Positions 35,652 to 45,306 of a stretch of 64,000 nt of DNA are shown piece after piece. The notes beneath the pieces are model-generated. The model saw only the letters and a program-made list of their open reading frames with translations, had not been told where the DNA came from and made no database searches. Source of the stretch: Candidatus Peregrinibacteria bacterium (GTDB taxonomy: Bacteria > Patescibacteriota > Gracilibacteria > UBA1369); the NCBI GenBank assembly GCA_963708185.1, contig OY970195.1, positions 949,482 to 1,013,481 on the forward strand, given 5' to 3'. The stretch's first letter is position 1. Every line of letters starts with the position of its first letter. A program made the position numbers and the translations under genes.

Positions 35652-38252
35652 ATGCTGGCATTCGAAGAAGGCAGGAAAGAGATGAAGGATCTGCTCGGAG
35701 GAAAAGGGGCGAACCTCGCGGAAATGAGCCGATTAAAACTTCCAGTACCTCCGGGTTTTACCATTACCACCGACGTCTGCAGGTTTTATCTTGCCAAAGC
35801 CAAATACCCAAAAACTTTTGAAAACGACCTCAAAAAACAGATGGTGATGCTCGAGAAGAAAATCGGCAAAACATTCGGCGATGCCGAAAATCCCCTCCTG
35901 GTGTCCGTGCGTTCCGGAGGCTCCGGTTTCAATGCCGGGGATGATGGATACGATTTTGAACCTGGGACTGAACGATCAAACCGTCCGGGGCTCATTGCAA
36001 AGACTGGCAACGAAAGGTTCTGTTACGATTCTTACCGGCGTTTTATCAACATGTTCGGCAACGTGGTTCTGGGAATCAGTCACGAGGCTTTTGAACATGA
36101 ACTTGATGAGATCAAACATCATCGGGGCGCGACCGTGGACACGGAACTCACCACGGAGGACCTGCAGCTCGCGGTGAAAAAATTCAAGGCCGTGGTCAAG
36201 AAAGAGGCCGGTCGCGCCTTCCCTGAAGATCCGCAAGAGCAGCTGAAGCTCGCCATCGACGCGGTTTTTGACTCCTGGAACAATGATCGCGCCATCACCT
36301 ATCGCCGCATCCACAACATCCGTGCCGATATCGGTACGGCGGTGAACGTCCAGGCCATGGTGTTCGGCAATATGGGCAATACTTCCGGTACCGGCGTGGC
36401 GTTCACGCGCAATCCGGCCACCGGAGAAAAACGCTTTTACGGTGAGTTCATGATCAACGCCCAGGGAGAAGACGTGGTGGCCGGGATACGGACACCCCAG
36501 ACACTCGATGAGATGAAAGACGTTCTTCCGGATGTCTTCAACGAACTCATCAGGGTCCGTGAAACTCTGGAAAAACATTATCGCGACATGCAAGACATCG
36601 AGTTCACGATCCAGGAAGGAAAACTCTTCATGCTGCAAACACGCAACGGCAAGCGCGCGGCAAGGGCCGCGGCAAAAATCGCCGTGGACATGGTCAACGA
36701 AAAATTTATCACCAAAAAAGAGGCGCTGCTTCGTATTGACGCTTCCGCGTTGAATCAGCTTCTGCATCCCGACCTTGATCCCGCGGCCGCGAAAAACGTC
36801 ATCGCCAAAGGGCTTGCCGCTTCGCCAGGTGCGGCGGTGGGCAAGGTGGTTTTCAGCGCCGACGATGCCAACGAATGGGTCACCAACCGCAAAGAAAAAG
36901 TCATTCTTGTCCGCAAGGAGACCAGTCCCGAAGATATTCACGGGATGCATCTTGCCGAAGGTATTTTAACTTCCACAGGAGGAGCGACTTCCCACGCCGC
37001 CGTGGTCTGCCGCGGCATGGGCAAATGCTGCGTAGCAGGATGTTCCGATATTATCGTGGACTCCAAAAATAAAAGGTTCATTGCCGGGCATACGGTGGTC
37101 TACGAAGGCGATACCATCACGCTTAACGGAACCACCGGCGAAGTGATGCTCGGTGCCGTTCCGATGATCAAAGCCGGCGTCAGTGAAGATTTTGAAAAGA
37201 TCCTTTCCTGGGCTGACGAGCACAGAACACTTGAAGTCCGCACCAACGCCGACACTCCGCATGACGCGCAGGTGGCCAGAAAATTCGGCGCGGAAGGTAT
37301 CGGCCTTTGCCGCACCGAACACATGTTCTTCGACGAAGCCCGCATCAAAGTCGTCCGTGAAATGATTCTTGCCAAAGATCTGGAAGGCCGCCAGAAAGCT
37401 CTGGCGAAACTGCTCCCCATGCAGAAGGAAGATTTTGTGGGAATTTTTGAAGCCATGGACGGGTTACCCGTTACCATCAGGTTGCTTGATCCGCCTCTTC
37501 ACGAATTTTTACCGCAAAAGGAATCGCAACTGGAAGAGCTGGCTCAGGAAACCGGCATGGATTTTGAGGAGCTCAAACGGTTCAAGGACAGTCTCCACGA
37601 AGTGAATCCGATGCTCGGACACCGCGGCTGCCGTCTGGGCATCACCTATCCCGAAATTTACGAAATGCAGGTTCAGGCCATTCTGGAGGCGGGTATTCAC
37701 GCCAGCCGCGCAGGTGTGAAAGTTCTTCCTGAAATCGAAGTTCCCCTGGTGGGGCACGTGGAAGAACTCCGCAGCGTGCGAAAAATGATTGAAGAGATGT
37801 CGTCACGCTACGCCAAAGATATTTCTTTCAAATACAAGATCGGCACGATGATCGAACTTCCCCGTGCATGCCTTACCGCCGATGAACTGGCTCCTGAAGC
37901 CGACTTTTTCTCTTTCGGCACCAACGACCTCACTCAGACGACTTTCGGATTGTCCCGAGACGATTCCGGAAAATTCATGAACGAATACGTTGACCGCAGC
38001 ATCTGGGAACGCGACCCGGCCGCCGGGATCGACGAAAAAGGCGTCGGAAAACTCATGAAGATCTGCATTGAACTTTCGCGTTCCGTAAAGCCGAAAATGG
38101 AGATCGGCATCTGCGGCGAACAGGGCGGTGATCCTGAGTCCGTTAAATTCTGCCACAAGATCGGATTGAATTACGTCAGCTGTTCGCCGTACCGCGTGCC
38201 CATCGCGCGTGTGGCGGCCGCACAGGCGGCGCTGATGGAGGAGGCGGCTTAG
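35652..38252 (+). CDS. ppdK: Pyruvate, phosphate dikinase (internal 24-codon stretch is out of frame, see findings)
   Basis: LLGGKGANLAEM, GNERFCYDSYRRFINMFG, the phospho-His region GGATSHAAVVCRGMGK, and the PEP-utilising C-terminal domain GICGEQGGDP. The start is placed at ATG 35652 (MLAFEEG); the upstream 41 codons of the ORF are not PPDK-like. Confidence 0.9.
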   Translation: MLAFEEGRKEMKDLLGGKGANLAEMSRLKLPVPPGFTITTDVCRFYLAKAKYPKTFENDLKKQMVMLEKKIGKTFGDAENPLLVSVRSGGSGFNAGDDGYDFEPGTERSNRPGLIAKTGNERFCYDSYRRFINMFGNVVLGISHEAFEHELDEIKHHRGATVDTELTTEDLQLAVKKFKAVVKKEAGRAFPEDPQEQLKLAIDAVFDSWNNDRAITYRRIHNIRADIGTAVNVQAMVFGNMGNTSGTGVAFTRNPATGEKRFYGEFMINAQGEDVVAGIRTPQTLDEMKDVLPDVFNELIRVRETLEKHYRDMQDIEFTIQEGKLFMLQTRNGKRAARAAAKIAVDMVNEKFITKKEALLRIDASALNQLLHPDLDPAAAKNVIAKGLAASPGAAVGKVVFSADDANEWVTNRKEKVILVRKETSPEDIHGMHLAEGILTSTGGATSHAAVVCRGMGKCCVAGCSDIIVDSKNKRFIAGHTVVYEGDTITLNGTTGEVMLGAVPMIKAGVSEDFEKILSWADEHRTLEVRTNADTPHDAQVARKFGAEGIGLCRTEHMFFDEARIKVVREMILAKDLEGRQKALAKLLPMQKEDFVGIFEAMDGLPVTIRLLDPPLHEFLPQKESQLEELAQETGMDFEELKRFKDSLHEVNPMLGHRGCRLGITYPEIYEMQVQAILEAGIHASRAGVKVLPEIEVPLVGHVEELRSVRKMIEEMSSRYAKDISFKYKIGTMIELPRACLTADELAPEADFFSFGTNDLTQTTFGLSRDDSGKFMNEYVDRSIWERDPAAGIDEKGVGKLMKICIELSRSVKPKMEIGICGEQGGDPESVKFCHKIGLNYVSCSPYRVPIARVAAAQAALMEEAA

Positions 38253-38659
38253 CTCAGGACTTTCTTACTTCTTGTGCCGTATTGTGCGGTCAATGCTTCA
38301 ACAAGGGACCGTTCGTTTTCCGCAATAACAGGTTTGGCAAACTGTTCAAACTGTTCGAGTGTCGCGGGATCGTTTGCTATCCATATTGCTATCTCGACCA
38401 CCCTTGCGGAAGGAGGCATAGCGCCTGACATGAAAAGCACTTTTTCCCTTTCCGTAGGCCCAAGGATTCCCTCAGGCAATTTCGCTTCCGCTTTTTTAAC
38501 GATGTTCATGAGGGCCGTGGGGGCATGGGTAAAATTCTCAGCCAGGAACATCCACAGCTGCATATCCGGTTCCTGCAAATTTTTCAGAATGTCGGCAGCG
38601 GCTTCCGTGGTGAGGGATTCAAAACCGGGACTTAATTCATCAATCTTTTTTTCAGACAT
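38249..38659 (-). CDS. Hypothetical protein (all-alpha by composition)
   Basis: ORF with no family I recognise. The start is set at ATG 38659 (MSEKKIDEL), 10 nt after the nadK stop. Its stop interlocks with the ppdK stop. Confidence 0.45.
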   Translation of the reverse strand: MSEKKIDELSPGFESLTTEAAADILKNLQEPDMQLWMFLAENFTHAPTALMNIVKKAEAKLPEGILGPTEREKVLFMSGAMPPSARVVEIAIWIANDPATLEQFEQFAKPVIAENERSLVEALTAQYGTRSKKVLS

Positions 38660-38669
38660 GTTCTTTGGG

Positions 38670-39575
38670 TTATTCGCCAAATTGTTCGCCCCAGCGGAGT
38701 TTGTCACGGAGCATCTTGTAGTAATTGCCTCCCTTGAGCCTGACCAAATGAAAATAGCGGCTGGACTTGCGGATTTTCACTTCGTCTCCATATTCCAGTT
38801 TGATGGTTTCCTGGCCGTCGAGGGTCAGTCCCACGTTTTCTCCTTCGTGGCGACGGCGAGTATGTAAAGCGATTTTGAGCTGTCGGTCATTGGGGATGAC
38901 GATGGGACGGATGGAAAGCGTGGCAGGACAGATCGGCGTAAGAATGATTGCCGGGAGCGAAGGGTGGACAATCGGTCCGCCGGCGGAAAGCGAATGTCCG
39001 GTCGAGCCGGTCGGAGAACTGATGATAAGGCCGTCGGCATGGAAGGTGATGACCTTGCGCTGGTTGATGGAGACGTCCAGCTCGATAAGTCTTGCAAACG
39101 ATCCCTGGTTAATGACGGCGTCGTTCAAAGCCAGGAAAGTGTTGAATTTCTGCCCCTGGCGGTAGATGGTCACACGGAGGATGGATCGTTTGTCGATGAC
39201 GTAGCGGTTGTGCAGGACTTCGATGAGATCATGCTCGATGTTCTGGGGTTTTGATTCGGTCAAAATTCCCAGATTCCCGAAATTGAAACCCATGACGAGG
39301 GTCGTCTTTTTGCCCATGCGGCGGGCCGTTTTGAGGAGCGTTCCATCTCCTCCCATAACGACGACGAGGTCGCATTTCTGCAGCAGCACAGTTTTCTTGA
39401 ACCCTTCGCTTCGATCAAAAAGCGGCGCCGTATTGGTGTCGTAAAAAATTTTTTTGTCGTGTTTTTTGAGTACCCGGATGACCTCTTTGATGTATCCCAG
39501 ATGTTCTTTATTGTTCCTCTTGGTAATGATACCTACCGTCGTAATCTTTTTCTTGATGGGATCGACGAGCGTCAT
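38670..39575 (-). CDS. nadK: NAD kinase
   Basis: 301 aa with the GGDGTLL motif, NDAVI, and the SSPTGSTGHSLSAGGPIV motif. Confidence 0.9.
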   Translation of the reverse strand: MTLVDPIKKKITTVGIITKRNNKEHLGYIKEVIRVLKKHDKKIFYDTNTAPLFDRSEGFKKTVLLQKCDLVVVMGGDGTLLKTARRMGKKTTLVMGFNFGNLGILTESKPQNIEHDLIEVLHNRYVIDKRSILRVTIYRQGQKFNTFLALNDAVINQGSFARLIELDVSINQRKVITFHADGLIISSPTGSTGHSLSAGGPIVHPSLPAIILTPICPATLSIRPIVIPNDRQLKIALHTRRRHEGENVGLTLDGQETIKLEYGDEVKIRKSSRYFHLVRLKGGNYYKMLRDKLRWGEQFGE

Positions 39576-39633
39576 GGTGAGTTGAAAAGGTTACTGGAAA
39601 CAGTATAGAAGTTTCGTCGCAAATTGCCAATTT

Positions 39634-40695
39634 TTAAACCTTTCTGCCTGACTTTTTGCCCTTCTTTCTGCGGAGAACGAGCAGTATTGCTCCCGCGCCG
39701 ATCAGTAACGCTCCGCCAGGCTGCTGTTCACTGTCACTCTGATGTGAAGAAGCAATGTAACAGCCGATGGTTTCGGGATGGTCGATATCAAGAGGGATTT
39801 TCAAAGGAGTGTCTCCTTTTTGAAGCGTGAACTGTTCCTGTCTGCCTTCCTGGGTAATCAACGACTGGCCTTCGACGGGAACGACCGACACGTAGTGCAT
39901 CTTTTTCCCGGTCGTTGCGTCGATTTCGGGAGCAAGATACTGGACGAGGACTTTCCCGTTCGTCACGATGTGAAGAGACGCTTCACCAAGCATGACTGTT
40001 TCGGTTTGAGAGTTGGCGGCGTCCTTCACCATTTCGACGCAAAGCTTTCCTTCCTTCATGTAAATCTTATTCTGATCATTGGGTGATCCGTAGACTTCTC
40101 CACGGATCTTCATAGCAGCCTCGGGAGCCCATGGTTGGGTCAAAAAGCAATCCCGGGGAATTCCCTGGCTGTCGAGAAGCGTGTGGCCGATAATGTGTGT
40201 GGTGCCGTCGGCATCTGCGACAAATTCACAGGGGTTGCCGTTGGATTGAGGAATCTTGTCTTTGGACAGATCCTGATCAAAGGATTCCGGCCCGCATAAA
40301 TCCTCCACGAGAGGAACACCTCCGTCGGTATCCAGAGCGTCGGTTGCGCCACCTTCCCCTGGGCCAGCCGGTGCCGGGCCGCCCATCGGATCGGGTTCGT
40401 CCGAATCGCGGTTTTTCCTGGCTTCTTCTTTTTTGTCTTTTTTCACCATGACCGGCGGAACACGCGGAGTTTTCGGTCCCTGCTTGTTCTCGTCAGATTC
40501 AGGCATTCTTTTGACTGCCGGGGGTGTCGTCGCGACGATAGCCGCCGTGGCAACGGCGGTCGCGATCATGAGCGGACGGCTGCTGGATCTTCCAGGTGCT
40601 CTGCTTTTTCGATCTTCCACCTCCGTGGCGGGAGGGGTTTCGTCGACATGATCTTCCAGCTGTGGGAGACCGTTTTCAGGTCGTTCGTTTGGCAT
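39634..40695 (-). CDS. Surface-protein candidate with N-terminal TM/signal anchor and C-terminal TM + Arg/Lys tail
   Basis: 353 aa. Disordered acidic/basic N-terminus, hydrophobic LMIATAVATAAIVATT, a Pro/Gly-rich linker and a Cys-containing beta-rich domain. The C-terminus is ..SEQQPGGALLIGAGAILLVLRRKKGKKSGRKV. Confidence 0.55.
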   Translation of the reverse strand: MPNERPENGLPQLEDHVDETPPATEVEDRKSRAPGRSSSRPLMIATAVATAAIVATTPPAVKRMPESDENKQGPKTPRVPPVMVKKDKKEEARKNRDSDEPDPMGGPAPAGPGEGGATDALDTDGGVPLVEDLCGPESFDQDLSKDKIPQSNGNPCEFVADADGTTHIIGHTLLDSQGIPRDCFLTQPWAPEAAMKIRGEVYGSPNDQNKIYMKEGKLCVEMVKDAANSQTETVMLGEASLHIVTNGKVLVQYLAPEIDATTGKKMHYVSVVPVEGQSLITQEGRQEQFTLQKGDTPLKIPLDIDHPETIGCYIASSHQSDSEQQPGGALLIGAGAILLVLRRKKGKKSGRKV

Positions 40696-40787
40696 GATTT
40701 GAACACAAAAGTTACGGTGGGATATTATAATGATTTTAGCTTGAAATGCAATGCGAAAAGTGTTAGTCTGCGGGTGGACATAACTGT

Positions 40788-41354
40788 ATGTTTATGGCCG
40801 ATCTTGGCAACCACAATGAGTTCATTCATGACGCTGCTCTCGAGCAGGCGGATTTCCGTGTGCCTGAAGCAACGCTTCATCCCGACAAAAAAATCGTCGG
40901 AAAACTGAGGAATTCGGTTGCCCGCGCGTTACTGGTCGCTGCACCGATGATCGCATCGTGCGGCGGGCAGGTTGATACCGTGGACTCTTTCCAGGGTGTC
41001 GGTGGAGCGCAGGCCGGCCAGACGACTGAAAATATGAATTTGCGTGACCATGAAGTGGTCGTTGACTGCAACCAGGGCGGTACATGGAGATTTCAGGGCA
41101 ACTATCCCGAAGATTTCAGCGTGGTGGTCAGCGTTGACGGCAAAGAGATTGCCACCAAAGAGGTTGTTGTTGACCATTCGATTGATCCTTCAACCCTCAA
41201 GCAATTTTCCGTGGAAGGCCCGGTAGGAAACGTGCAGGCAAAAAACGTTCAGGTCCAGACTTTTGACCTCGACGGCAACGTCATTCCCATTGAAAGTGAC
41301 CCCCAGACGAAAGGCATGTACGGCAATCCTGATTGCCCCGTGGGTTTGGAGTAA
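40788..41354 (+). CDS. Putative lipoprotein (start uncertain)
   Basis: It has the lipobox-like motif ALLVAAPMIASCGG, but this is preceded by ~50 residues in the longest ORF, so the real start may be a non-ATG codon further downstream. No family recognised. Confidence 0.45.
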   Translation: MFMADLGNHNEFIHDAALEQADFRVPEATLHPDKKIVGKLRNSVARALLVAAPMIASCGGQVDTVDSFQGVGGAQAGQTTENMNLRDHEVVVDCNQGGTWRFQGNYPEDFSVVVSVDGKEIATKEVVVDHSIDPSTLKQFSVEGPVGNVQAKNVQVQTFDLDGNVIPIESDPQTKGMYGNPDCPVGLE

Positions 41355-41355
41355 T

Positions 41356-43467
41356 TTATTTGGAAGTTTTTCTTGTGACACCGTTCCAGTCCGCTGGAGG
41401 CGGAAAATTTGAGTATATCTCGGAACGTTCAACATAAAGCTTTGTTGGTCCGTCGTCCGGATAAGCCTTGAGGATTTCTGTGAATTTTCCGTGGGCCTCT
41501 TTGAATTTTCGTGAGTGGAACAGAACCATGGCTTCATTATATTGCTGGAGGAGTTTCACGGCGTCCGCTGGCAATTCTCCTTTTGGAGCCAGCAGTTCGA
41601 ACACCTTGATCGGTTCGGTTTTCCCAACAACGAGGATGGTGTCAAGTTCGCGGGTCTCAAACTGGTCTTTAATGATGCCATACGTACTCTGACTCATCAT
41701 AATGTGCGTTTCGTACTCCTTGTTCTGGCTTTCCAGGCGCGCACCAAGATTCACCACGTCGCCGAGGGCCGTGTAGTCAAAACGTTCGGTCGATCCCATG
41801 TTCCCCACAATGGCTTCGCCCGAACTCAATCCGCAGCGGAAGTCAATTTCGGGCTTTGGTTCTCCGCCGGGAAGCGGCGGATCTTTTTTCCACTTTTCAA
41901 GAAGTTCGTTGAGCTTGAGGCGCATTTTGAGCGCCGCGCGAGCGGCGCGGACGGCATGATCCTGTTGCGACACCGGTGCGCCGAACAACGCCATGATTCC
42001 ATCCCCTTCAAACTTGTCCACCGTCCCGCCTTCTTCCATGATGACCCGGGACATGGCTTCGAAATACTCGCTGAGGAGGGCCACCACGCTCTGCGGTTTT
42101 AATTTTTCTTCGATAGTGGTGGAATGGGCGATGTCCGTGAACATCACGGTGATGTTGCGGCTTTCCCCGCCGAGTTTGAGGCTTTCCGGGTGCTCGGAAA
42201 TCTGTTTCACCAGCGCCGGATTCACGTACTTGCCGAAAGCTTTTTGCAGCTCGAGTTTTTCACGGAATTCCGTGACGTAGCGGTAGAGGTACACGGCGAT
42301 AAAGGTCACGGCGACGACAAGGTAGGGATGCACGAGGTCGGGAATGATTCCGATGTTAAAAAGCGGTTTTGCTGTGAACGAATAGGCGACCGGCACCCCA
42401 AAAAGGTAGAGCAGCGACCAGCGGATTTTGGTGAACATGAAGGTGAAGGCCGCGGTAAAGGCCAGGATCAGGATGAGCAAAGCCTGTTCCGGAAAGCTGA
42501 AATTGCGGAGAAATTTTTGTTCGAGAATAGTCTGGAGCGCGTTGGCGTGGATTTCGATGCCGGTCATCTGATCTTTTTTGCTCATCGGAGTGAGCTGGAA
42601 ATCCTTGAAATATGATGAAGTGGGACCTATGAGAACGATCTTGTCTTTGAAGAGTTTTTCGGGATCCGTTGAAGAGTAATTTTCATTATAAACGTCGACG
42701 AAAGGAATCGACGCGTAAGATTCCGTTCCCGGTTGCGTGGCATAGTTCACGTACATTTGTCCTTCCTGAAGCGGAATATTCACCGTGTTTCCGTTTTGTA
42801 GTTTGATCTGGTATTGGGTCGGAGACACCAAAGGAGTTGAAGGCTTATTTTGGGCGTTGAGTGCAATTCTGGCTATCGTTAAAGCAAAGCTTTCATAATA
42901 GGTTCCGTCGGGATTTACAAGAATCGGCAAAATTTTCCTGATGGCGTTATCCGCATCAGGGATAACCTTAGCCATACTGATTTTGATGTTTTCAAGTTGA
43001 TTGAAAAGATCGAGTGGCAGTTCAAACGGAAAAATATTCGGATCCTGGATGTAGTACCCTCTTTGGTCGTAGCTGGTGGATGATCCCCAGTAAATAATGA
43101 CTGGATTTTTGGTATTCTGGAGGGCTTCTTTGAACTGTTCATCTTTTTGTTGATCTTTGGCTGACTTGAAAAAGAAGTCGAACGCCACGACTTTCGGATT
43201 ATATTTATCAATATTGTTGAGTACCTTAGCAAAATTATCGCGCTGCCAGTTCTCGTAGGAACCGAGGCCTGTGCTGTCGCTTAATGATTTATCGTCGATG
43301 GTCACAACTGTTATATCGCTGCTCGGAGACCTTTGGCTATACAGCAAGTCTCCCAACCGCAACTGCCATGCAGCGAGCACATTAGTATATGCGAGAATTA
43401 ACGTTACGATTGCCGCAGTGGTTCCAAAAATGAGGGCAAACGCCTTTTTATTTTTGAGAAATTTCAT
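41356..43467 (-). CDS. CHASE2 sensor / class III adenylate-guanylate cyclase with C-terminal helical (TPR-like) tail
   Basis: CHASE2 motif DITVVTIDDKSL..NWQRDNFAKVL..VVAFDFFF, then 3 TM segments. The cyclase core is ITVMFTDIAHSTTIEEKL..KFEGDGIMALFGAP..VNLGARLES. The start is set at ATG 43467 (MKFLKNKK). Confidence 0.85.
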   Translation of the reverse strand: MKFLKNKKAFALIFGTTAAIVTLILAYTNVLAAWQLRLGDLLYSQRSPSSDITVVTIDDKSLSDSTGLGSYENWQRDNFAKVLNNIDKYNPKVVAFDFFFKSAKDQQKDEQFKEALQNTKNPVIIYWGSSTSYDQRGYYIQDPNIFPFELPLDLFNQLENIKISMAKVIPDADNAIRKILPILVNPDGTYYESFALTIARIALNAQNKPSTPLVSPTQYQIKLQNGNTVNIPLQEGQMYVNYATQPGTESYASIPFVDVYNENYSSTDPEKLFKDKIVLIGPTSSYFKDFQLTPMSKKDQMTGIEIHANALQTILEQKFLRNFSFPEQALLILILAFTAAFTFMFTKIRWSLLYLFGVPVAYSFTAKPLFNIGIIPDLVHPYLVVAVTFIAVYLYRYVTEFREKLELQKAFGKYVNPALVKQISEHPESLKLGGESRNITVMFTDIAHSTTIEEKLKPQSVVALLSEYFEAMSRVIMEEGGTVDKFEGDGIMALFGAPVSQQDHAVRAARAALKMRLKLNELLEKWKKDPPLPGGEPKPEIDFRCGLSSGEAIVGNMGSTERFDYTALGDVVNLGARLESQNKEYETHIMMSQSTYGIIKDQFETRELDTILVVGKTEPIKVFELLAPKGELPADAVKLLQQYNEAMVLFHSRKFKEAHGKFTEILKAYPDDGPTKLYVERSEIYSNFPPPADWNGVTRKTSK

Positions 43468-43476
43468 ACAACGCAA

Positions 43477-43508
43477 AAAGTGCTTTTATCCGTTTATTAT
43501 AGCACTTT
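43477..43508 (-). terminator. Candidate terminator after paralog C
   Basis: An 8-bp stem (AAAGTGCT paired with AGCACTTT) with a 16-nt loop. On the minus strand the 3' arm runs into TTTTT. Confidence 0.45.
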
Positions 43509-43530
43509 TCAGGGTTTTCTTCCAGTTCTT

Positions 43531-45306
43531 TTAAGCCTTTTTTCTGCTTTTTCGGCGGGTAATCACCGCACCAAGTCCGGCCGCCATTAACAGCAGAGCC
43601 ATATTGTTTGCCGTATGATCCTGGACTTCCGTACAGGAACAGCCCGGGTCCTGCACTGGCGGAACGGTTTTGAATTTCTTGGGATCGTCAGCGACTTCTC
43701 CGGTGCTCAATTCACGATACATCGTTACACCAGCTGGAATAAGCCCTTTTTCACTTGAACCGGGAGCTGTGAAATCTACCGGATTGCAGTTATTCACTGT
43801 GGCATTTGTTGGTGTACAGTTTTGATCATAGGCGCGTTGTGCGCCTTCAACGGTTGTATAAGCAACAATGTCGAACTGTCCTTTCGCTTTGTTGGGGTTA
43901 AGAGAATCTGGGTAGGTAACTGTTGTGTGTGTTCCTTCAAAGCCAAGGGTTATACCACTTTCATTACTGATAATTTTATCGGCTTCTGTTGGCGGTTCAC
44001 TGTCTTCATGGGCCAGGCCGATTGAGACCTCAGACATATTTGGCTCAGAAAAATTGAAACTGCCCTGACCCTCGGTAAAGTTGAAGGTTTTATTGCCGAT
44101 CTGGACGGTTGCCGGTCCTTGCACCTGGGCATTGAGCTGGGTATCCGAACAGTCTTTGATCGTGATGTTTTCCGGATTATTGGTTACTTGGGCAAAGCAA
44201 CCCGGAGCGCCACCGTCACCGCCGGCGCCACCGTCAGAGCCACCACCTCCGTCGGTTCCCGCGTCTCCACCTGCGCCATCCGTTCCTGCATCGGTAGTGC
44301 CTGTTTTCATCGTCGCCCATTTGATTGTGCCGTTGTCTCCATACCACAGGTCTCCGGAGCTATCTTTGAATAATGTTCCCTGGGTGTTCGCGTCATTCAC
44401 TGTGGCGCTTCCTGAAATTGCATTCAGGTTCGTCACTCCGCCTGAACAGTTTGTTCCGTTCCAGCCTCCGTTATAGACCATTAAATCCAGACTCCCCAAT
44501 GTTCCTGTTCGGTCTGAACCTACATAAAAATCGTTCGTGTCTACGAAAATTCCATAGGTATCTTTCGTCAAATCGCTGCAGCTTGTTAATTCGCTCCATG
44601 TCCATGTCCCGATCACCGCTGTGTGGATTCTCTTATTGCTGCTTGAGATATCCGAACTTGCATAAATGTTCGTTCCTCCACTGTCGCATGCCACATTGTT
44701 CACGTTCGCTCCATCGTCATTTAATGTCCCGGGCACTGCTGCTAAACCGCTCACCACTCCACCTGACCATGTTCCTTCGTACAACTTACTGGAGAGACCA
44801 TCTCTTTCAGATACTACATAGGCTTTCCCTCCACACACTTTGAAATCAAATTCATTAAAACCTGAATTTGCTCCAGATACCGGGGTCAACGTTGGGCTGT
44901 TCCATGTCGCCCCTCCGTCCGATGAACCTATTTTTTTTATGTCCCCACTTTCAACTATGTACAACGTGATATTTGGTCCAGATCTTTCTACATAGGCTAT
45001 GTTTGCATTTACACCCAAACTCGGTACCGTCGGGGAATTCCACCCGCTCGCTAACGCTTCACTCGTTTGTCCAAGACGTTCCTGTCCGTTGCCCGACTCG
45101 CAACCCTGGAGGGCTGGAGGCAATAATGCCCCAAACGTCACTCCTCCGGCCAACAATAAAGCATTGCGGATGGCTTTGCGTCCTGCAAACGGTTGTAAAA
45201 TATTTTGACGATCAGATTTTTGGGTACGGGATACTTCTTTGTTCTCCGGGCTCCCGCTGAGTCGGTCTTTTGCCATAAGGGGAAAGGTAAAAGAAGTGGT
45301 GTCCAT
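43531..45306 (-). CDS. Tandem surface lipoprotein paralog C (Asp-box beta-rich domain, Gly/Asp linker, C-terminal sorting-like tail)
   Basis: The start is set at ATG 45306 (MDTTSFTF..), 5 nt after the stop of paralog B. Features: lipobox-like ALQGC, Asp-box SSDGGATW, and C-terminus ..PGCSCTEVQDHTANNMALLLMAAGLGAVITRRKSRKKA. Confidence 0.8.
   Translation of the reverse strand: MDTTSFTFPLMAKDRLSGSPENKEVSRTQKSDRQNILQPFAGRKAIRNALLLAGGVTFGALLPPALQGCESGNGQERLGQTSEALASGWNSPTVPSLGVNANIAYVERSGPNITLYIVESGDIKKIGSSDGGATWNSPTLTPVSGANSGFNEFDFKVCGGKAYVVSERDGLSSKLYEGTWSGGVVSGLAAVPGTLNDDGANVNNVACDSGGTNIYASSDISSSNKRIHTAVIGTWTWSELTSCSDLTKDTYGIFVDTNDFYVGSDRTGTLGSLDLMVYNGGWNGTNCSGGVTNLNAISGSATVNDANTQGTLFKDSSGDLWYGDNGTIKWATMKTGTTDAGTDGAGGDAGTDGGGGSDGGAGGDGGAPGCFAQVTNNPENITIKDCSDTQLNAQVQGPATVQIGNKTFNFTEGQGSFNFSEPNMSEVSIGLAHEDSEPPTEADKIISNESGITLGFEGTHTTVTYPDSLNPNKAKGQFDIVAYTTVEGAQRAYDQNCTPTNATVNNCNPVDFTAPGSSEKGLIPAGVTMYRELSTGEVADDPKKFKTVPPVQDPGCSCTEVQDHTANNMALLLMAAGLGAVITRRKSRKKA
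44341..45093. repeat. 753-bp block in paralog C, near-identical to 48263..49015 in paralog A
   Basis: Compared line by line at offset 3922. I saw one mismatch (45070 t versus 48992 c). Confidence 0.85.

Noticed and set aside
35881-36177. 98-aa plus-strand ORF inside ppdK treated as an independent overlapping gene.
   Set aside because: Only its residues ~14-37 are meaningful, and these are the canonical PPDK motif displaced into another frame. It is evidence for the double indel, not a separate gene.
40699-40731. TTGAAC ... TATAAT as a promoter for the 40788 gene.
   Set aside because: The spacer is 21 nt, too long for a sigma70 promoter, and there is no TG extension, so it is not reported as a feature.
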